This document shows positions 53,368 through 64,000 of a stretch of DNA of 64,000 nucleotides, piece by piece (the stretch's first letter is position 1; every line of letters starts with the position of its first letter). Source of the stretch: Phoronis australis (Eukaryota > Animalia > Phoronida); NCBI GenBank assembly GCA_002633005.1, contig NMRA01000458.1:208260-272259 (forward strand), read 5' to 3'. The notes beneath the pieces were generated by a model. It did no database searches. It was not told the DNA's origin and worked only from the letters and a program-made list of their open reading frames with translations. The position numbers and the translations under genes are program-made.

Positions 53368-53374
53368 TTTAACC

Positions 53375-55102
53375 ATGGATGGTCCATTGGCAGCCCTTTC
53401 CACCAATGGAACAATCAGCGAAAGAGTTCAGTCTGAGGGTGCATTTATGGTCAGCGTCGCGGCGATTGGTATTCTGGCTAATCTCATCTCTCTCATCAGT
53501 ACAATAGCAGTGCAAAACCTGCGACAATCATCAAATGCATTCATCATCCATCACAACTTATTGGATATGATCAAATCGGCTTACTGCATACCGTTCGCCC
53601 AAAGCATCCTGGAGTCAAAGGCACCAGCAAACTGTAATATTCTCGGAGGTTCCTACATAGTTTTTGTAACCATCACCTCATTCAATTTGCTAGCGATGGT
53701 CGTCAACGAGGCGTTCCACTTCTCAAACACTAACGTAGGAGTTCACATTAAGAGTTACTACTGCGTAGCATTCGGAATCATTATGACATGGGTAGCCAGT
53801 GTGATTGTCAATCTGGGAGTAGCATTCATCCCAGGAAATCCTGTCTTCATCACTGAGATTGGTCACTGCACATTTCAGTTTGGTATAACTCGGAATTACG
53901 TCTTGCACATTCTCTGGATGACTCTTGTGACCTTTGCCCTACTTCTGACGACCTTGTGTTTACGAAAGCTTTACAGAGATATCAAGCGGTTTTCCTACTA
54001 TCGTTTCTCAATGCTGATTCGTCAGACGTTCGCATTTAAGCCAAAAAACATGGGAAAGGAATCAACAAAGGAAAATGAACGCCAGAAAATTCGCATCAAA
54101 AAAATAGAACTGATGAGTCTAAAAAGCTGCTACATTCTCATTTTGATCACTGTCATGTTCATTCTTTCTTGGTATCCTCTCTTTGTGTTGACGCTTGTAG
54201 ACCCCAAATACAAGGCTCCTAAGTATGCATACAAAATACTCACAATGCTGGCATGGTGTAACTCCGCCATAACACCATTGATCTTTGCTCTCTACAACGT
54301 GTCACTGTACAAGTCACTGAACAAATTTCGGGGCGAACTGGAAATGGAATCGCCGCAAAATGTAACCACAGGAAGCAGCGAGGGAGTGCAGACAGAAATG
54401 TTCTCAGATGACGATGATGAAGAAGGGGAACACGTGTACTTCAGTAAAGACTCTGTGATCTATAACCGGTCATACTACAGTCCGCAGAAAACAGTCAACC
54501 AAAATCATTATTCACCGGCACCGAGTCGAGATGAGAGTCCCACTTGTACACAAGTGCTAGCCATGAAACGCATAGAGTATCTTGAGCAGGACAATGTTCC
54601 TGAGAGACTAAGGCACATCGGCAATCATGTGGTTGTGAATCACACAAGCATGGCTAGTCACGTCTCTGAACATCTTCATATGAACACTAACATTGAGTGT
54701 GACTGTGCCCCCGTTGCTCGATATGAGACAGCTATGTTAGGAGAGTTGTCCCCCCTGGTGGAGGGCAGCAACACCGAGTTGACAGACAGTATCCCGAGCA
54801 CAAGTGACAAGACTGTAACCACTGACTCGGCCATTACAACAGATATTAGCGTGACCATACCAGAGGTGCAGCCATTTGCAATGCCAGGCGTGTCCTATCA
54901 CACACTGGACTCCCCCAGTGATCGCGTGCGTGTGGTAGAACGGATGGGTGACAGGTACGGCTCACTAGACGTGCCAGATGATGATTCCTTGTCAAACACA
55001 TTACCCAATCCTTATACCAGAAGAAGCAAGGATATTATTGTCAACAGTGGTTCTTTGCCACGCAGAAAAGCTGAGAGGGAGAAACTGGTGCTTTGGTTGT
55101 AA
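53375..55102 (+). CDS. Class A (rhodopsin-like) orphan GPCR, 575 aa, SREB/GPR27-85-173-like, nested antisense in an MDN1 intron
   Basis: Single long ORF with ATG in ACCATGG Kozak context; N-glycosylation site NGT; seven hydrophobic helices with TM1 ILAN, TM2 LLDMIKSAYCIPF, TM3 Cys, TM4 Trp, ECL2 Cys, TM6 FILSWYP, TM7 WCNSAITPLIF; long Ser/Thr-rich C-tail. Family assignment is from remembered motif similarity only. Confidence 0.93.
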   Translation: MDGPLAALSTNGTISERVQSEGAFMVSVAAIGILANLISLISTIAVQNLRQSSNAFIIHHNLLDMIKSAYCIPFAQSILESKAPANCNILGGSYIVFVTITSFNLLAMVVNEAFHFSNTNVGVHIKSYYCVAFGIIMTWVASVIVNLGVAFIPGNPVFITEIGHCTFQFGITRNYVLHILWMTLVTFALLLTTLCLRKLYRDIKRFSYYRFSMLIRQTFAFKPKNMGKESTKENERQKIRIKKIELMSLKSCYILILITVMFILSWYPLFVLTLVDPKYKAPKYAYKILTMLAWCNSAITPLIFALYNVSLYKSLNKFRGELEMESPQNVTTGSSEGVQTEMFSDDDDEEGEHVYFSKDSVIYNRSYYSPQKTVNQNHYSPAPSRDESPTCTQVLAMKRIEYLEQDNVPERLRHIGNHVVVNHTSMASHVSEHLHMNTNIECDCAPVARYETAMLGELSPLVEGSNTELTDSIPSTSDKTVTTDSAITTDISVTIPEVQPFAMPGVSYHTLDSPSDRVRVVERMGDRYGSLDVPDDDSLSNTLPNPYTRRSKDIIVNSGSLPRRKAEREKLVLWL

Positions 55103-55790
55103 TTTGAAACATGACTTTGTCATAGAGACTACTTAAAGATTTTATAATATGGAACACAACTAAGTCAGCCAGGATATTTTGTAACACTGTAGTTCAGTTT
55201 GTATATAGTACTTAGTTTGCCAGGCTTAGACTCACTTCCAAGATTATGAGCAATTTAATGACAAACTTTCTGAATCGTAATAAGCCAGATGTATATTTTG
55301 TCTGAGCATTAAAAATTTGGCAGTCATACAATAACTGAGAGTGAACTGCAGAACAGTGCTCTGGACACTGCAAAAAAAAAAACAAATTCACGGTTTTCCA
55401 GGGACCATTTTTGTAATCAATACATGACATTTTGATTACTCAATATGTCGATGACAGTTTGAAATAGAAACAAACCAGTGTACAGAGTTACACCTGACAG
55501 GTAGGCTTCTTCAAAAGATTCTGCTGCAGTATTAGATTTCATTCACACGATCACACCCAAGGGAACTGATGGTCTTATAACCGCCTCACCACAGTTAAGA
55601 CCAAACAGCCATCACTAGTTTTTATTATCAATTTTCAACTTTTATTCTGTACTCAAAATAAGACACCGGTGAGAAACTTTAACGTCAGAGTTAACACAAA
55701 ATTACCAGCTCGGCACACTTTGTGAGAAGTGACCAAAATTTCTTCTCCCAGTAAATATTGTCCGTTATTAAGTAATTAACAGATTGTTTT

Positions 55791-55970
55791 CACCACACAG
55801 ACCTGATTTTAAAGTGTCTTCACCACACAGAGCTGATTTTAAAGCGTCTTCACCACACAGAGCTGATTTTAAAGCGTCTTTACCACACAGACCTGATTTT
55901 AAAGCGTCTTCACCACACAGAGCTGATTTTAAAGCGTCTTCACCACACAGACCTGATTTTAAAGCGTCTT
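55791..55970. repeat. 30-bp minisatellite, 6 copies, downstream of the GPCR stop
   Basis: caccacacagagctgattttaaagcgtctt unit. Confidence 0.95.
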
Positions 55971-56812
55971 TAACAGAAACCTGTCACTGGTTGCTAACTC
56001 AAAAATATTTTGTTCTATCTTATTATTTTTATCATGAGTTCCTGTTCGACTAATAAGTACATTTTCTGATACCAGCTCTAACAACTGAGCCCTTATTTCA
56101 ATGCAAACAAATGGGGACTTACAAATTAGGCGCATTACATGAAAAGCTCCATGTTTATTTTCGATAATATTGAGAATTCAGTGCAGATTTTACTCTCAGA
56201 GTATATCAAAGCTACATATTGACTTGGTTTCAAGACAAAACAGTATTAGAAAGAACAAGCAGTGCTTGCACAAGTCTACAAATGTGTTGAAAATGCAGAG
56301 AACATTTTATTTAGCTGAGCCCCTATTCAAGACTGTCACAGTGTTTTATGCAACTGGGCACTGGGGACTCATTTATATGACAGTGAGTATCAAGAGTTAA
56401 CATGCATGTTATTGTCGCACAAAATTTATATGAAAACTTAAGATAGAGAAAGTTGTCTGTCCCAAAGCCTTACAATTATCTGATTTAATCCATACAGACC
56501 ACTGAAAATCTTAACTCTGATAACTAAAAATAGCAACAAACAAAAGCAAGCAAATTGGGCTTGATATTATTTTGCATATCTTTTGATAAAAAGCAAGGAA
56601 ATGACAGTCGGTTATAACTCAAAAGTTCATTAATTTAAAAAATAATGAAGGAAGATAGAAAGAAAAGTAAGTCAACCTCAATTACTCATTCAGCTGCACA
56701 CACTACAGAACTATAAAGTTGTTCCCGGCCCTCACTCACAGTCTGCGTGCATGGCTCCCTCCATACCCGTGCCCCTCTTTCTCTAATGTTCCCAGGTAAT
56801 TACTGCACTAAC

Positions 56813-56941
56813 TTGTTCAAATCCTCCGAGGAGTTCTGTTGTGTCCATAGCACTGTTCATGGCCATCACCTGCAGAGGGCGGTTGGTCAGTTGGGACAGC
56901 ACATGCACAAGGGATGTCTTACCGCTAGACTGGGGCCCGAC
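56813..56941 (-). CDS. MDN1: MDN1 exon, AAA-D6 Walker A (VGPQSSGKTSLV...MDTTELLGGFEQ)
   Basis: Conserved D6 motifs; 129 nt; canonical sites. Confidence 0.95.
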
Positions 56942-57243
56942 CTGAAATTCATTTTTTACAAGTACAGTAAACTGGTTTCAATTTTGAAGAAAAAAATGTG
57001 AAATCAACTCACTTCTAAAAAATATTTCTTTGAGAGCTGTACATTACAAAATATGAGCAATAATTTTCTGCCATGTTCTGTTCTAAACTGACAAAGATTA
57101 CCATACTTGAAAAGAGTAACAATATCCTGTCACATTCATGTGATATTGCCTACAACAGATACAAATCAAAAGCAAGATAAAAGCTCAAACAATTACGAAC
57201 TGCATCAAAACACAAAGCTTTACTGAAGTAAAACATGTCTAAC

Positions 57244-57471
57244 CAAAATAGCCATCCAGTTCATCTTGACACAGTCCATAAGCAACTCAAGTGGCTCCAG
57301 ACTGGAATGTAAAAGCTGCAATGACTGATCATTGTCTCTTCTGTAGCTGGAAGTCTCTTGTCTTTGAAGAAAGGAATGTCCAACCTGTAGCATCTGTGTG
57401 GTGATGGTGAACCGTCTGCTACACCGATAGGGTTTTGACAAAGGAAAAACCTGGTTAAAGACTTCCAACAC
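57244..57471 (-). CDS. MDN1: MDN1 exon (VLEVFNQVF...CVKMNWMAIL)
   Basis: Leads directly into D6 Walker A; 228 nt, phase 0 to 0. Confidence 0.92.
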
Positions 57472-57853
57472 CTAAAAAACAAAAACAGGCATTTTGTGTC
57501 ACTTATCAACATTTTGAACTCACTGATTTATAAAAAGCAGCATCAACCTACTAAAGATAATTTCATGTGTACAGAATACGTTGTATAAGAACCCCTCCCT
57601 CCCTCCAACATGACAGTATACGGGAACACATCTGTCACATGCAACAGGAGCTCAAGACAACGATAGCTTATAACCAAAATGAGATGAATGAACAGGCATT
57701 GGATTTGATATGTGCCCTATAGTTACTGTACGATGCAAAAGATCAGCACAAGAGAACCCTCAGTTCATTTTCTGTGTCACCATTTTTTTACTAAGCAAGT
57801 CCTCCAGGTGCAGTACAACAGCTGCAAAGAATGTTTGTATCACGACTGAATAC

Positions 57854-57934
57854 CTTATTCTTGTCCGAACTACATCTGAACCGCGCTCGGTAGATCAATT
57901 CCACAAACTCGCCAGGGTCAAAATACTCCGACGT
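57854..57934 (-). CDS. MDN1: MDN1 exon (TSEYFDPGEFVELIYRARFRCSSDKNK)
   Basis: 81 nt, ttgcag / GTATTC, phase 0 to 0. Confidence 0.88.
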
Positions 57935-58366
57935 CTGCAACAAAAACAAAGCGAGTTCCTACATAGTGTGTCTGTACCATATTTAACTGAGCAAAGAAGA
58001 CGTTGAAACATTTAAGAATTTCGAAACTAGCACTGCCAAAGGGCTGTACCTAATGTTAGATGCAAATGCAACAATGCTTAATATGTTTCATCAGCCTTTG
58101 GAAGACAAGTACACACATCCTTCAAATAGTGTCATCCAATAAAAATATAGCGAAGTTGATTAGAAGTTCAAATATCTACAACAGAAATTCAAATTTCTTA
58201 TTGATGTTATACAAGAAAGAACAGCATCAATGAATGGCTGACAGTTGACCGACAAATAATGATTTCAGTAATCACCTATTAATCTCCTATAATTTTACTT
58301 CATAAACATACACTTGGGTTACACACAGAATGCGTAATCAAACATACATATCACACTACTTTTTAC

Positions 58367-58477
58367 CTTTTGAAATGCAAGCATTAGGTCACACCAGCGA
58401 AATGTGTCCCTCAAGTTGAACTCCCAAGGGGCACCTCTCTGACCCCACAAACATTCAGCCATTGTTTCATGGTGGAT
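58367..58477 (-). CDS. MDN1: MDN1 exon (IHHETM...GAPWEFNLRDTFRWCDLM)
   Basis: PWEFNLRD sensor-2 motif; canonical splice sites. Confidence 0.95.
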
Positions 58478-58903
58478 CTGAAATTATAAATAAAAACAAT
58501 GCTTTAAGCAAATAGAGGGAGTAGAAACATGCCTGTTTAGAAGGCACCTAAATGTGGTGATTCATTTAAGCCGCTATGAACCATGTCCTGTTGTCAAAAT
58601 CAACTTTCTCACAGAAGTATTAGCTCCAACAAAGCAACATCCTTATCCGTTGCTTGAACTAAAAATGGGCTGCAATGCACTGCCTGGATCTCCATTAATG
58701 ACCCAACTACCTTAGCAGCTGAAACTAACCAGCCTCGACTAGTACTTTAATGGGTCTGATCTGAACTGCAATAATGACCTTTGAACTCGTCTTAAGACCC
58801 CGAATCATTTCTAATCTGAGCAGGGAACAAGATGAGACAGATTGTATAATGGTACACAGCCTAAGTTGTTGGTTAATTGCCCCTCTAAGAATGTAAGACA
58901 TAC

Positions 58904-59011
58904 TCGCTGATTGAAGGTTATCATTTGTTGTAGAGTCTCAACAGGAATTGTGGGATACATAGTCCTGGAGATGAACTGCAGATCACTTTCGGACAGCGGC
59001 TCGACAAACAC
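58904..59011 (-). CDS. MDN1: MDN1 exon (VFVEPLSESDL...MITFNQR)
   Basis: 108 nt, tatag / GTATGT, phase 0 to 0. Confidence 0.92.
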
Positions 59012-59682
59012 CTATAAAACAGAACACGACATGTTATTGTTACAGGTTCATAAGAACAGAAAACAGATTGTTGTCAAAGCTATCTAAATGTTTTATGATC
59101 ACAAAAAATTAAGAACAAAACCCTCAGCTGACATTGTCAAGTTCACACAAAAGATTTTAGTTTACTGTTGGACTTTCAAAACACCATATAACAGCATGGC
59201 CAAAACATTTCAAACATCAGATTTTCCACAGAAGAAATCCATAACTCCACACTGTTTGTTTGGAATTAATTTGTAGTGCTTACTTGCTCAAAATATTACT
59301 AGACGTTTCCATATTAAAACAGAACTTTTTAAACAAGACGTTGCATGTGGCTTTTAAAGATGACAACTTTTTTCCTAATACGAAACAATTGGTATGAACT
59401 TCCTTGTTTGGAACAAATTGGAGCAAACTGTAAGCCCAAACAAATAAAGCACCAAGAGCATATTTTTGCAAAAGTTTGTATATCAGATCATTTGCCACAA
59501 AAGAAGCAAAATATTTCAATCATTCATTGCCACACTGAAGGATAAATAACAAACAAGTAACAAGACGGGAGATGAACAAAGTTTGAATTCAGGTGCCTAA
59601 TTGTAATTAAATTCTTTACTTGGATGGAAACTGGGATACGGACAAATACGCAACACAACTAAGGTTCAGGTGTCAAACCAAC

Positions 59683-59880
59683 CTGTGTGAACCTGTTGAG
59701 GAAAGATCTTGGGAGGCCCCGTCGGCCCCCACCCTGGATCAGTGGGTTCTGACAGGCGAACAATCGTGTTCGTTCATGTTGGATATGAAAGGTCAAGCCA
59801 AGCTCCGGTATGAATACTTCAGCACGATGATCAAGGCAGGCATTGAGTCCCTCCAGCACAGACTGTGATGCCAGATTGAG
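59683..59880 (-). CDS. MDN1: MDN1 exon, AAA-D5 sensor 1 / arginine finger
   Basis: LNLASQSVLEGLNACLDHR...FACQNP...GLPRSFLNRFTQ. Confidence 0.95.
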
Positions 59881-60709
59881 CTGAAAGCAAGTTAACAACA
59901 GATCAGGTAAAAACAGAGAATGCACACAACAATTTGAAACATACATGGATAAATGCTTGCAATGCCATTGCAAAAAAATAATATGACAAATAAAAAAGTG
60001 CTCCAAAGGTGTCTTTTTCAAAAAAACTACTTTTGATTAAGGCCACTTACAGCAGGCACTTTCAACTTTTGACCACGCCATCAATGAAAGTTAACAAAAA
60101 CGCTTTAATATCCGTAGCCTAACATGCTGTATATAGTCTATAATACAGCAAATATGTAGGAATACGGACTTTGAAGTGGGCTTGTTAACTTTCATATTGC
60201 ATAAACCTGGTCTCAACTTGTTCCCTGCTCACGCTCAAAACGATTTCTAGGCTTGGGAAGAGCTAAACACTTGATCTAGCAAATAAAATGACCAGCAGAG
60301 GCAAGCCAACTTATTGAACAGTCTCAAGCAACAACGTTTCAACACTCCTCAAATTACTTCCCATCTGAGTAATAGGGGAAACTTGTAATGGCAAGTGATC
60401 AAAATCAAACATAAATCTTTTGGAAAATGTGGATTATTAGCACATTTAAATTAAGAACTAAGAATGAACATTCACTAGAAAATGGTCATTGGTCTATAAA
60501 AAAACTTACTTTCCACAAATAATCCCTCTCTTAAGAATTGTGAAATTTATTTCACTCTTAACAACAAATACAATCATGTTTCTCAGAAACCACCAAAATC
60601 CACTGCACTGTCTGTGGAAGTTGCAACCAAGATAAAATATTTTTTCTATCAAACAACTTTTCATCATTTATTGCTAAAATTTCTCCATAGCAACAAAGCA
60701 ATGGCCTAC

Positions 60710-60832
60710 CTCATCCAGAACAATCCAGTGTCCCTCCTTCAACGCCCTCAGCAGGGGTCCGTCTCTCCAGGCAAACTCACCCCCTGCGCCTCCTTCAACA
60801 GGTAGATCTGCCCCAAACAGGTCACTGACATC
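60710..60832 (-). CDS. MDN1: MDN1 exon, AAA-D5 Walker B (WIVLDE)
   Basis: DVSDLFGADLPVEGGAGGEFAWRDGPLLRALKEGHWIVLDE; 123 nt, phase 0 to 0. Confidence 0.95.
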
Positions 60833-61012
60833 CTAAAGAAAAGAACGATTTGACTGAGCAGCATAAGAAGGATGTCGTAATCTACGGTAAAAAGAAACTA
60901 AGCTTGCTGAATGTCGAAATTATCAGTGTTGACAAAACCAAAAAAGATTACAGTTCTCAGAGTAGACATATCTTTTGTAAGTGGATTCCTAAGTAAACAT
61001 CATGACACGTAC

Positions 61013-61218
61013 CGTCTGCTCCGAAAGATTGATCCGCACAAGCTCATTCCCAGAAGCCTTTGCAATGGCCGCCACAAGACTCGTCTTACCGACCCCTGGG
61101 GAGCCCTCCAAGAGTATGGGCTTGGGCAGCTGAAGGCCACGGAGAACTCTTTGGGCATTTACACACGTAGTGGGAGCTTGAAGGGCATACTGAATCAGGC
61201 TAGTGTTTTGCTTGGCAC
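61013..61218 (-). CDS. MDN1: MDN1 exon, AAA-D5 Walker A (GSPGVGKT)
   Basis: PILLEGSPGVGKTSLV...RINLSEQT; canonical AG/GT sites. Confidence 0.95.
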
Positions 61219-61654
61219 CTAAAGGATGTTGAAATGATGCATACATTTGATAATGCACCTTGTAGCATTAAATTTTCTAAAAGCGTCCACATATTAATCA
61301 TTTCTATATTACTACACACACACACACACATATTCCAGACAAGCAGGTGCATTTCACGTCTTTTATCCATCACCTCCTTAAAATCTGGCTGAGTGGCTCC
61401 CATTGGGGGAAGTGGTCCTGGATAAATACAATGTCACAATGTCAAACCCATCATGTCAGGAATGTGGACATTGAGCAGCTTTGAATACTAGACTGAGCAC
61501 CCCCGGAACAATACATTGTCATGAAACAGAGTCAAACCCATCATGTCAGGTTGCTTTCCATTTAAACAGCAAAGCAGTAATTGATATTGTCTTATCGAAG
61601 TGATTTTCTCATTATGACACATTACTTACAAACAGAAAAACAGCAAATCTCTAC

Positions 61655-61846
61655 CTTTTCTAATACAAAAGGGCTTTACTCCAAACACGTCATCTGTAGT
61701 CAATATATCTGGGGTCTGTGTCTGACCAATCAACAGCTGCATGTCAGCAACATCACAGGACCTTGCTTTGAGCTGACCAATGAGAAACTCCAGGCATATG
61801 TGACGAGCAGAGGAAGACAATGACTGACTGAGGTTGGCGGTGGTGC
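61655..61846 (-). CDS. MDN1: MDN1 exon (TTANLSQ...FGVKPFCIRKG)
   Basis: Acceptor tttttaag, donor G|GTAGAG; phase 1 to 1; FGVxPFxI motif preceding D5. Confidence 0.88.
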
Positions 61847-63067
61847 CTTAAAAAAATAATACTATTAGACTTTCTTCAACTTCCAGGAAGGGAAACAAAC
61901 AGTAACATCACACATGAATAAAAACTCTAACAGCAGACTTCTGGTCTAATAAAGATGCAATCTCGAGTTCGTCACGTAGGGCAAACCTGAGGTTTGGAAA
62001 AATACCTTAGAGTGAGGATGAGTGTTGTAGACAAATTGACTGACATTCTCAAAAACGTTACTGAGATAGATAGTCATTCGAGAGGGGACATAGAACGGAG
62101 AACTGAATGACATTACAGTAAAAACAGGGCAATTATCAGCAAATTTACGTTCTATGAACAGTGAGAGAGGATATGGCCGGAGCATGATCGATTCAAAGGG
62201 ACAAACTATTTTGTGACTGAGGACTACCTGTGGGTAATGTAACAAAGGCAAAAAGCGCTCGTTTCAATTTTTAGGTCCGCAAAAGCTAGTCCTTTGGTGA
62301 AGACGGCCTTTAAGTAGAGACAATTGCACACTGACGAGAAAATCTTTTGTGTCGATAATATGAATGACCTCCCATCTTTTCTGCATGGACAACAGACAGC
62401 TTGAAAATTCTCACTGCAGACAGAGTGTAGATTACTGACTGAGATACTTTCCTATTTTCACTGTATTTATGTTGATTGAGATAGTTCTATGAACAAAATG
62501 CAAGGTGTAGGACATATGTCCCTCTTTATTTTGTTATAATTGTTGTTATAATAAGCTCATGTTGAAAGGAATATTTTACTTTAAATTACTCAGTGAGCTG
62601 AATTCCACTGATTAGGTATGTATTTTCTTGCCTGGGATACATATTTTTTCCCAGTTGAAATGAGGTGGAAGCACTCTTAATCTTGTTTATTGCGTTAACG
62701 TGACGCATTCTTTTCACGTTTGTTTTAAGTCAGATCTGGCATGTCATTTGTCTGTGCAGCTGAATGTAATTATGTCATGGACCAATGAAGATGTTTGCCA
62801 GTCATTGCTATTGCGTTGTTATGTAACAGGGGCTGGGCGATGCCGTTATGCAAGAATGCACTACCAGATCTGGGCTCAGATGTTTTCTGTTTGGTTGGGT
62901 TCACTGCCAAAACTGCCCAAGTTTATGTCTATCATGTTTCATTTACAATGTGAATGGTGGCTGTCTGAATGTGTGTTGGACTACTTGCTTGGTGATACTG
63001 GTTCCTGTTTGAGTGGGTGAGTGAACAAATTTGAATATTTTTTCTTCAACTACGTTTTCTGTGTTAG

Positions 63068-63316
63068 AGATAAAGCTCGAGTCTAATACTGGAATAAAAA
63101 CTTACAAAAGTTATAGATAAGTAGCATCCGCATCTCACGGACTTCAGCTTGGCTTGTGACGTTATCGTTATTCTAGCCAATTGGTGACGTTTTGACCAGA
63201 GGGCGCAGCATTGACGTCAGAACACCATCCCATACGTGTGACAAATCGAATCTTAAACAGCCGTGGGATGCGGATGAAACGTCGCTAATTTTAGTATTAG
63301 GCTCAAACTTTATCTG
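63068..63316. mobile_element. Palindromic core of a decayed foldback/MITE element
   Basis: Nested IRs agataaagctcgagtctaatact / agtattaggctcaaactttatct and catccgcatctcacgg / ccgtgggatgcggatg. Confidence 0.6.
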
Positions 63317-63906
63317 TTTTCTCAACTGGATGTCTCAAAATTTTCATGCTTTTTTCCTGGGTTACTTGGTTGACATGGCCACTACAACTGTCAATGATTG
63401 TAACTTTTTTGATATCAATTTGGTCTTTCCAGTCGTAGTAGGCACAACAGTCATGGTTATGTTAGGTCTAATAAGTCATTCCTGATCAGGAGTCTCTTTA
63501 TTGTTAAATATTGCATTTCATGTCTAGTTTTCGAGTAGCTATTCTGAACTGTCAGGGTTTGAGAAGCATAAATATGTTTTTAATTTTCTCAAAGAAAAGA
63601 TTACTCTATCTACTGTCTTCAAGATACTCATTTTGTTAAAAAGGAAGAAAATTTTATAAGAGCAACCCGGAAATATGAATGCTTTTTAGTTCATAAATAT
63701 TTAATTACCGGGGGTAGCAGTTTTACTAAACAATAGCTTTGAATTTAAAATCCATAAAAATATTTCTGATGAGAATAATAAGATGACGATTATGAATAGG
63801 TCAATTAATGAGAAAAAATTGACATATTTGTACCCTATCTCTTGAAAAGTTTCAAACACTTTCAAACACAGGATAGCAATGCTACGATGAACCCTAGAAT
63901 ACTTGC

Positions 63907-64000
63907 CTGATCCTAAACTGTCAATCAAGACAAGACACGCTCCATGGAGATAAGACACAGCAGCAGAGAGTGGCACTGTAGGGTGTGTGCAGCAGCAATT
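63907..64000 (-). CDS. MDN1: MDN1 exon, 5'-truncated by window (...YLHGACLVLIDSLGSG)
   Basis: Resembles the midasin post-D4 motif HxACLVxIDxxGSG; ends CAG|GCAAGT (GC donor, phase 1). Confidence 0.85.

Larger units (their letters stand above)
1461..64000 (-). other. MDN1: Midasin (MDN1/Rea1) gene, internal portion: 32 coding exons (end of AAA-D4, D5, D6, linker); both ends extend beyond the window
   Basis: Spliced translation gives LLEGSPGVGKTSLV, RINLSEQTD, DLFGADLPVEGG, FAWRDGPLL, WIVLDELNLASQSVLEGLNACLDHR, PWEFNLRD, MDTTELLGGFEQ, FEWVDSPLVKAL and GEISRAMRNRG, all characteristic of midasin; splice phases were checked exon to exon. Confidence 0.97.

Noticed and set aside
53264-53374. N-terminal 37 aa of the 612-aa ORF call
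   Set aside because: GTG start and intron-like sequence ending in an acceptor; the ATG at 53375 has a perfect Kozak context.
55784-56053. Repetitive ORF (SSPHRADFKA)n
   Set aside because: Translation of the 30-bp minisatellite; no ATG and no coding evidence.
61950-62312. Possible TTAA-ended (Kolobok/piggyBac-like) element ending ...gacggcctttaa
   Set aside because: Only one terminus is visible; no matching left TIR was found.

Overview
This is AT-rich eukaryotic genomic DNA; the repeat landscape suggests a marine invertebrate such as a mollusc (inference only). The whole window lies inside one large minus-strand gene, midasin (MDN1/Rea1, the AAA+ ATPase of pre-60S ribosome maturation). I traced 32 coding exons by hand, from the end of AAA-D4 through D5 and D6 into the helical linker. 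Splice phases agree at every junction if the weaker of two acceptors is used at ~48386. One intron has a GC donor, and there is one probable 27-nt microexon. A single-coding-exon class A GPCR (53375-55102, SREB/GPR27-85-173-like, with DRY and NPxxY both altered) sits antisense inside the intron that interrupts AAA-D6. Its ATG follows a splice acceptor, and plus-strand exon candidates lie further upstream, one exactly covering an MDN1 exon, so the two genes may be interleaved. The introns carry Helentron-type non-autonomous elements (HINEs), hAT-like and Tc1/pogo-like MITEs (one pair nested), foldback hairpins and minisatellites. A ~1.8-kb duplication across a single N looks like two haplotypes assembled in tandem and shows a filled and an empty HINE insertion site. 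I see no convincing wholly new biological system; the MDN1/orphan-GPCR interleaved locus is the best lead. All coordinates were read by eye.
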